Notes under the pieces: model-generated | What the model saw: the letters and a program-made list of their open reading frames with translations, nothing else | Databases searched by the model: none | What the model was told of the DNA's origin: nothing | Program-made: the position numbers and the translations under genes | NCBI GenBank assembly: GCA_050942615.1 | Contig: JBMNNQ010000001.1 | Location: forward strand, 12,385 to 76,384 | DNA from: Dethiobacteria bacterium | GTDB lineage: Bacteria > Bacillota > Dethiobacteria > DTU022 > UBA8154 | Direction of reading: 5' to 3' | Length of the DNA stretch: 64,000 nt | In this document: in pieces, positions 60,032 through 64,000 of the stretch | Layout: every line of letters starts with the position of its first letter | Numbering within the stretch: the first letter of the stretch is position 1

Positions 60032-62450
60032 TTACACAGGCTTCCCCACCGGACACAGGGTCAGGTAAAAAACACCCTGGAAACAGGCGTAGGCGAGCAG
60101 TTCGGCTTGGGCAGGGGTTACCGCCAATGTTATGGAACGGGGGGCGGATGGGTTGTTTTCTACATTGTTTTGAATGTTGTTTCTTGGGATTTCCAGCACG
60201 ACAGCATTTTGGGCAACGGTGCGGGCAGCCTGTTGCATGTGGGCTGCCTGGTTGTTATAGATTACTAGGACGTCAACCTGATCGCCCGGCTGTAGATGAC
60301 TGTAAAGTCCGCCGCTTTCATTTATGGGCAGAGCCATGCCCCGCCGGCCGGGTGGTATGGAAACGGCCCAGCCGTTTGGCCTTCTTACATCTGCCGCAGC
60401 ATTTTTTGCAGGGGCAGCTGAAGCTGTGTTTTGCGTCTTTGCCGCTCTGTCAGCTGGCATGACTGCATATTCTGCTGTCGTAGCCAATCTGGCATCCTCT
60501 TCTTTCCAGGTGTTTGTCCCCTGCTTTACATCCGACGGATGGAATCCACCTTCCCCTTTTTCCCCCATAGCATCCCCGGACCGGCTTTCACTTTCCTTTA
60601 CCTTCCCTGCAATATCCAACGGCTGATCTTCGTTGTCCTTTACCTCCCCTGCAAACCCCTGCAGCAGGAGCCTCCTTGACCCCCTTTTTTCCGCAGTAGC
60701 GGGCTCAAAGGCCTCTTCCTCACTATAATTAACTGTGGGCTGAGGGCCTGCACCTGTTTTAGCCGCAATATCCCCTGAACTATGGGCATAATTGCCGGGG
60801 ATATCTGCCAGAAAACCAATCCTCCTTTCTGGAATTTTTGTTGCATAAACTGTATTTTCAGTTGAAACAGCAACATCACTGAGTATCAGATTGTTAGCAG
60901 TCAGCACTGCAGCACTGCCTGCCCTTTTTTCAGCATCCGTTCCCAACCCTTTTTCTATTAATGGATATTTCTTTTTTAAGTCCCCTTTCAGGGCAGGGAA
61001 GCTCTCTTCCGGGGTGGGGTAGGCAAAGGTCCCGTCTGTAGCGATCTCTTCCCCACAGGCCTTCAGTTTTTCCAGGCAACGGGGCACGACACCTGTGGGT
61101 CGGTATTCACCTTTGATGCGCCCCTCTTCATCTATGGATGACTGCTGAAAAACAAAGATATCGTTGACTACCAATTTGTCTTTCTTCAGGCCTGCTACTT
61201 CGCTGATTTTTGTGATTTTACGGCTGCCGTCACTAAGGCGGGACTGTTGCACAACTAGCTCCACCGCCGAGCCAATCTGTTCACGGATGGCCCGCAGGGG
61301 CAGTTCGATGCCCGCCATGAGGATCATGGTTTCCAGCCTCGCCAGGGCATCCTGGGGGTTGTTGGCGTGCAGGGTGGATATAGAGCCATCGTGCCCGGTG
61401 TTCATAGCCTGCAGCATGTCAAAGGCTTCGCCGCCCCGGACTTCCCCCACGATTATCCGATCCGGGCGCATACGCAGGGAATTGATCACCAGTTCCCGGA
61501 TGGTAAACTGCCCTTTGCCTTCAATGTTTGCCGGGCGGCTTTCCAGGGTAACAAGGTGATCCTGCTGCAGCTGCAGTTCGGCGGTGTCTTCAATAGTGAC
61601 AATACGTTCACTGCCGGGGATAAAACTGGAGAGGACGTTTAAGGTTGTAGTCTTGCCGCTGCCGGTTCCACCGGAAACTACGATGTTAAGCCGTGCCCGT
61701 ACACAGGCGGCCAGGAAGCGGGCCATTTCCCGGCTCAGCGTACCAAAGTTAATCAGGTCGTCGGCAGTGAAAGGATCGGCAGCAAACTTGCGAATCGTCA
61801 GGGATGGGCCACGCAGGGCCAGGGGGGGGAATGATAGCATTTACCCGGGAACCATCAGGCAGACGGGCGTCAACAGTGGGGGAACTTTCGTCAATCCTTC
61901 TGCCTAAAGGGGTAATAATCTTATTAATAACATGCAGGACATGGTTGTCATCACGAAAGGTTGCCCCTGTTTTGCTGATTTTTCCCTTCCGTTCAACGTA
62001 AACATTGGCATAGCCGTTGACCATAACCTCCGTTACACAGGGATCCTGCAACAGAGAGGTTATCGGCCCATAGCCAAATATTTCATCAGCAACATATTCG
62101 ATAACCTTTTTCCTGTCATCCTGAGAAAGAAGCTGTCCACTTTCTTCCAGCAGCCCCGCAAGGGTATTACAAATCTGTTCATCAAACTGTTTTTTTTGAA
62201 GGGGGTTCAGTTTATCCAGTTCCAGCTGCTTATCAAAGCTGTCAATTACCCGCCGCAAGGTTTGGGCAGCAATCTCCTCTAACCTTTTTTTCTTGCTCAC
62301 ACCCTTTTTGGGAATTGATGATGCCTTTGCCCGGGTTTTTGCAGTGCTGTTTCGTCCTGGAAGTATAAACACTTTTTTATGCCACCTTTTCAGCCCCCTA
62401 ATACCCCCAGGGCTGATTTTTTGAAGGTAAGAATTAAAATGAAAACACAA
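60032..62450 (-). pseudogene. Second cpaF/tadA-like ATPase gene split by a +1 frameshift in a C8 homopolymer (G8 on the plus strand, 61822-61829). Its downstream reading frame continues without a stop into a complete CpaB-like SAF domain that lacks a TM helix
   Basis: ORF 61749-62450 encodes the CpaF N-terminus and ends ...[15 protein letters not shown] 60032-61840 starts ...[15 protein letters not shown] with Walker [10 protein letters not shown] and the full ATPase core. Removing one C from the tract restores IIPPLAL, identical to the intact tadA at 53141-54526. The C-terminal ~300 aa align to CpaB (...[28 protein letters not shown] versus TITLAVTPGQAEVLAYAQLKGSFYFTL). Confidence 0.6.
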
Positions 62451-62483
62451 AAATCCCTGGTTGCCGGGTATGCGAACCAGGGA
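62434..62483 (-). terminator. Intrinsic terminator (10-bp stem AUCCCUGGUU...AACCAGGGAU followed by UUUUUGUGUUUUCAUUUU); likely the expression platform of the upstream riboswitch
   Basis: Perfect 10-bp inverted repeat at 62452-62483 and a U-run of about 5 followed by GUGUUUUCAUUUU on the minus strand that extends into the first codons of the downstream ORF. Confidence 0.7.
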
Positions 62484-62524
62484 TCAAGATACCAAAAGGT
62501 GCAGAACGACACAATCGTTCTTAT

Positions 62525-62645
62525 TTAGAACCCTGTCTTCGGCAGCCTGGCAATCCTAGCCTGCTTTGGCAGGCCTTAGACCCATAGCTTTGCGTCCCTT
62601 TCTTTCAAAAGGTTTGCCTTTATCGGTCAGTAAGCTGGTTACTTT
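62525..62645 (-). promoter_or_regulatory. GEMM-I (c-di-GMP-I) riboswitch aptamer candidate
   Basis: Minus strand reads AAAGGCAAACCUUUUGAAAGAAAGGGACGCAAAGCUAUGGGUCUAAGGCCUGCCAAAGCAGGCUAGGAUUGCCAGGCUGCC. This matches the GEMM-I core GGCAAACC-(GAAA hairpin)-GGGACGCAAAGC (compare Vc2 GGCAAACCAUUCGAAAGAGUGGGACGCAAAGCC) and is followed by a second hairpin and then a terminator. Located 5' of the tad/flp genes. Confidence 0.65.
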
Positions 62646-62842
62646 TGTAAGTCAGGTGAATGGTCTTATTTCAACAAAAGTTGTTTTTGGACATTTGCTC
62701 CTAACAAAACTGGTAATTTCTACACAGTTCTACAAAGAAGTTCTACATGGATTTGGTTTTTCCTGCAAATAATAATAATTTTTCATAATAAATTTATTAA
62801 AATTTGATAACATGATTGTCTTTACTACATTGTTTAAAAACA

Positions 62843-63874
62843 TTATAGCCGGGGGTTCCGGGCAGGAAGGTTAACTTCTAGGGCTATTTCTGCAACCTGT
62901 GGATCAAATTGGGTGCCGGCACAGCGGCGCAGCTCCTCCCGTACCTGCACCGGGGTTTTTGCCGGGGCATAGGGTCGGTTGGAAAGCATGGCATCAAGGG
63001 CATCGGCAACGGCAATAATCCGTGCCCCGTAAGGGATCTGTTTGCCCCGGAGACCTTCCGGGTAACCTGTCCCGTCAAATTTTTCATGGTGATAGAGGAT
63101 GATGGGCCGTTCTTTCTGCAAGAACCCAACAGGGGAAATGATTTCTGCGCCGATGACAGGATGTTGTTTAATAATTTTAAATTCCTGTTCTGTCAGCCGG
63201 CCGGTTTTTCTAAGAATCTGTTCGGGCACACCTATTTTTCCGATGTCATGCAAAATTGCTGCCTGCCATAAAACCTTTTTTTCCTCCTCCGGAAGGCCTA
63301 TTTTCTCCCCCAGGATCCCTGTAAAAAAAGCAACCCTTTCCTGATGCCCTTTGGTATAGGAATCTTTGGCATCAATTGCAGCCACCAGGGATCGCACTGT
63401 TTCCAGGTAATGATTTTGGATGTTCTGGCGGGCATTATCTATTTTTGTCCGGAGGGAGGCGTTGACCACCTGCAGCTCACTCTGCTTTTTCAACAGGGCA
63501 GCCTGCCTGGTACGGCGAACCAGCCCTTTTTTAACAACTTCTTTCACCGCACTACTGTCAAACGGTTTGATCAGATAATCCAGGGCACCCCGGCGCAGGG
63601 CGTTGGTGGCCGTTTCCACAGAAGCATAGGCGGTAATCATCACCACTTCTGTTTCCGGCACCTTGCTTTTGACCAAGGCAAGAAGATCTATGCCGTTAAT
63701 GTCGGGCATCCTGATATCCAGGATCACCAGATCAAATTCCTCAGCATCCAAATGGGCCAAAGCCTCGGCGCCACAGCTCGCCGTAGAAACTTCATAGTCA
63801 TCCCGCAGGATCATTTTCAGGGCTTCCCTAGGGCCCAGTTCATCATCAACAACCATTATTTTGGGGGTATTCAT
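62843..63874 (-). CDS. Response regulator with an HD-GYP c-di-GMP phosphodiesterase domain
   Basis: Receiver domain (KIMVVDDE...DLVILDIRMPDING) and an HD-GYP domain (HDIGKIGVP...HHEKFDGTGYPEGL). Start at MNTPKIM, preceded by GGAGAGGAG. Confidence 0.85.
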   Translation of the reverse strand: MNTPKIMVVDDELGPREALKMILRDDYEVSTASCGAEALAHLDAEEFDLVILDIRMPDINGIDLLALVKSKVPETEVVMITAYASVETATNALRRGALDYLIKPFDSSAVKEVVKKGLVRRTRQAALLKKQSELQVVNASLRTKIDNARQNIQNHYLETVRSLVAAIDAKDSYTKGHQERVAFFTGILGEKIGLPEEEKKVLWQAAILHDIGKIGVPEQILRKTGRLTEQEFKIIKQHPVIGAEIISPVGFLQKERPIILYHHEKFDGTGYPEGLRGKQIPYGARIIAVADALDAMLSNRPYAPAKTPVQVREELRRCAGTQFDPQVAEIALEVNLPARNPRL

Positions 63875-64000
63875 CTTTCCAGCACTCCTCTCCGGAAAAG
63901 ATCGGTAAAAATACTTCAATTTCAAGGTAATGATCCCTTGTTAAGGAGGCCCTGACCTGCCCGCCGTGATCCTCAATAATTTTTCGGCTGACCGGCGGCC

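Noticed and set aside
62500-62842. Searched for a second flp-like small pilin ORF in the 390-bp gap after the HD-GYP gene
   Set aside because: Only ORFs of 18 aa or less are present. The region is instead occupied by the riboswitch-like structure and direct repeats.
1-64000. CRISPR arrays, IS elements/transposases, integrases, tRNA or rRNA genes
   Set aside because: No regularly spaced direct repeats, no transposase or integrase-like ORFs, and no tRNA-like cloverleaf candidates were seen. The window appears to be core chromosome plus pilus loci.

Overview
The window is a 64 kb stretch of a spore-forming Firmicutes (Clostridia-like) chromosome with roughly 50% GC. Almost every gene is on the minus strand. 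Positions 1-28.7 kb reproduce the classical Bacillus/Clostridium sporulation synteny block: (mctB-like)-steA-spo0A-spoIVB-recN-nadK-tlyA-dxs-oapA-[OLE RNA]-ispA-xseB-xseA-folDx3-nfnBA-nusB-DUF2273-amaP-asp23-spoIIIAH..AA-(acidic Zn-ribbon protein)-efp-pepP. Two pilus systems follow. The first is a ComG/type IV pseudopilus operon (28.9-35.1 kb). Between the two lie yqeG, sigK, a radical SAM gene, addAB, a two-component system, a divergent DUF2680-like secreted protein and apgM. The second is a complete Tad/Flp locus (50.8-59.7 kb: flp-tadV-tadE-tadE-tadG-cpaB-tadZ-tadA-tadB-tadC-DUF192). Upstream of the Tad locus is the most interesting signal. A GEMM-I (c-di-GMP-I) riboswitch-like element with its own terminator sits just downstream of an HD-GYP response regulator. 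It precedes a second, frameshifted cpaF-like gene that runs in frame into a cpaB-like domain; the split lies at a G8/C8 homopolymer. Other notable items are a ~600-nt OLE-class ncRNA between ispA and oapA, three tandem folD paralogues next to nfnAB, a Spo0A-box/sigmaH-like promoter upstream of spo0A, and the absence of argR between nadK and recN. No rRNA, tRNA, CRISPR array or transposase was seen.
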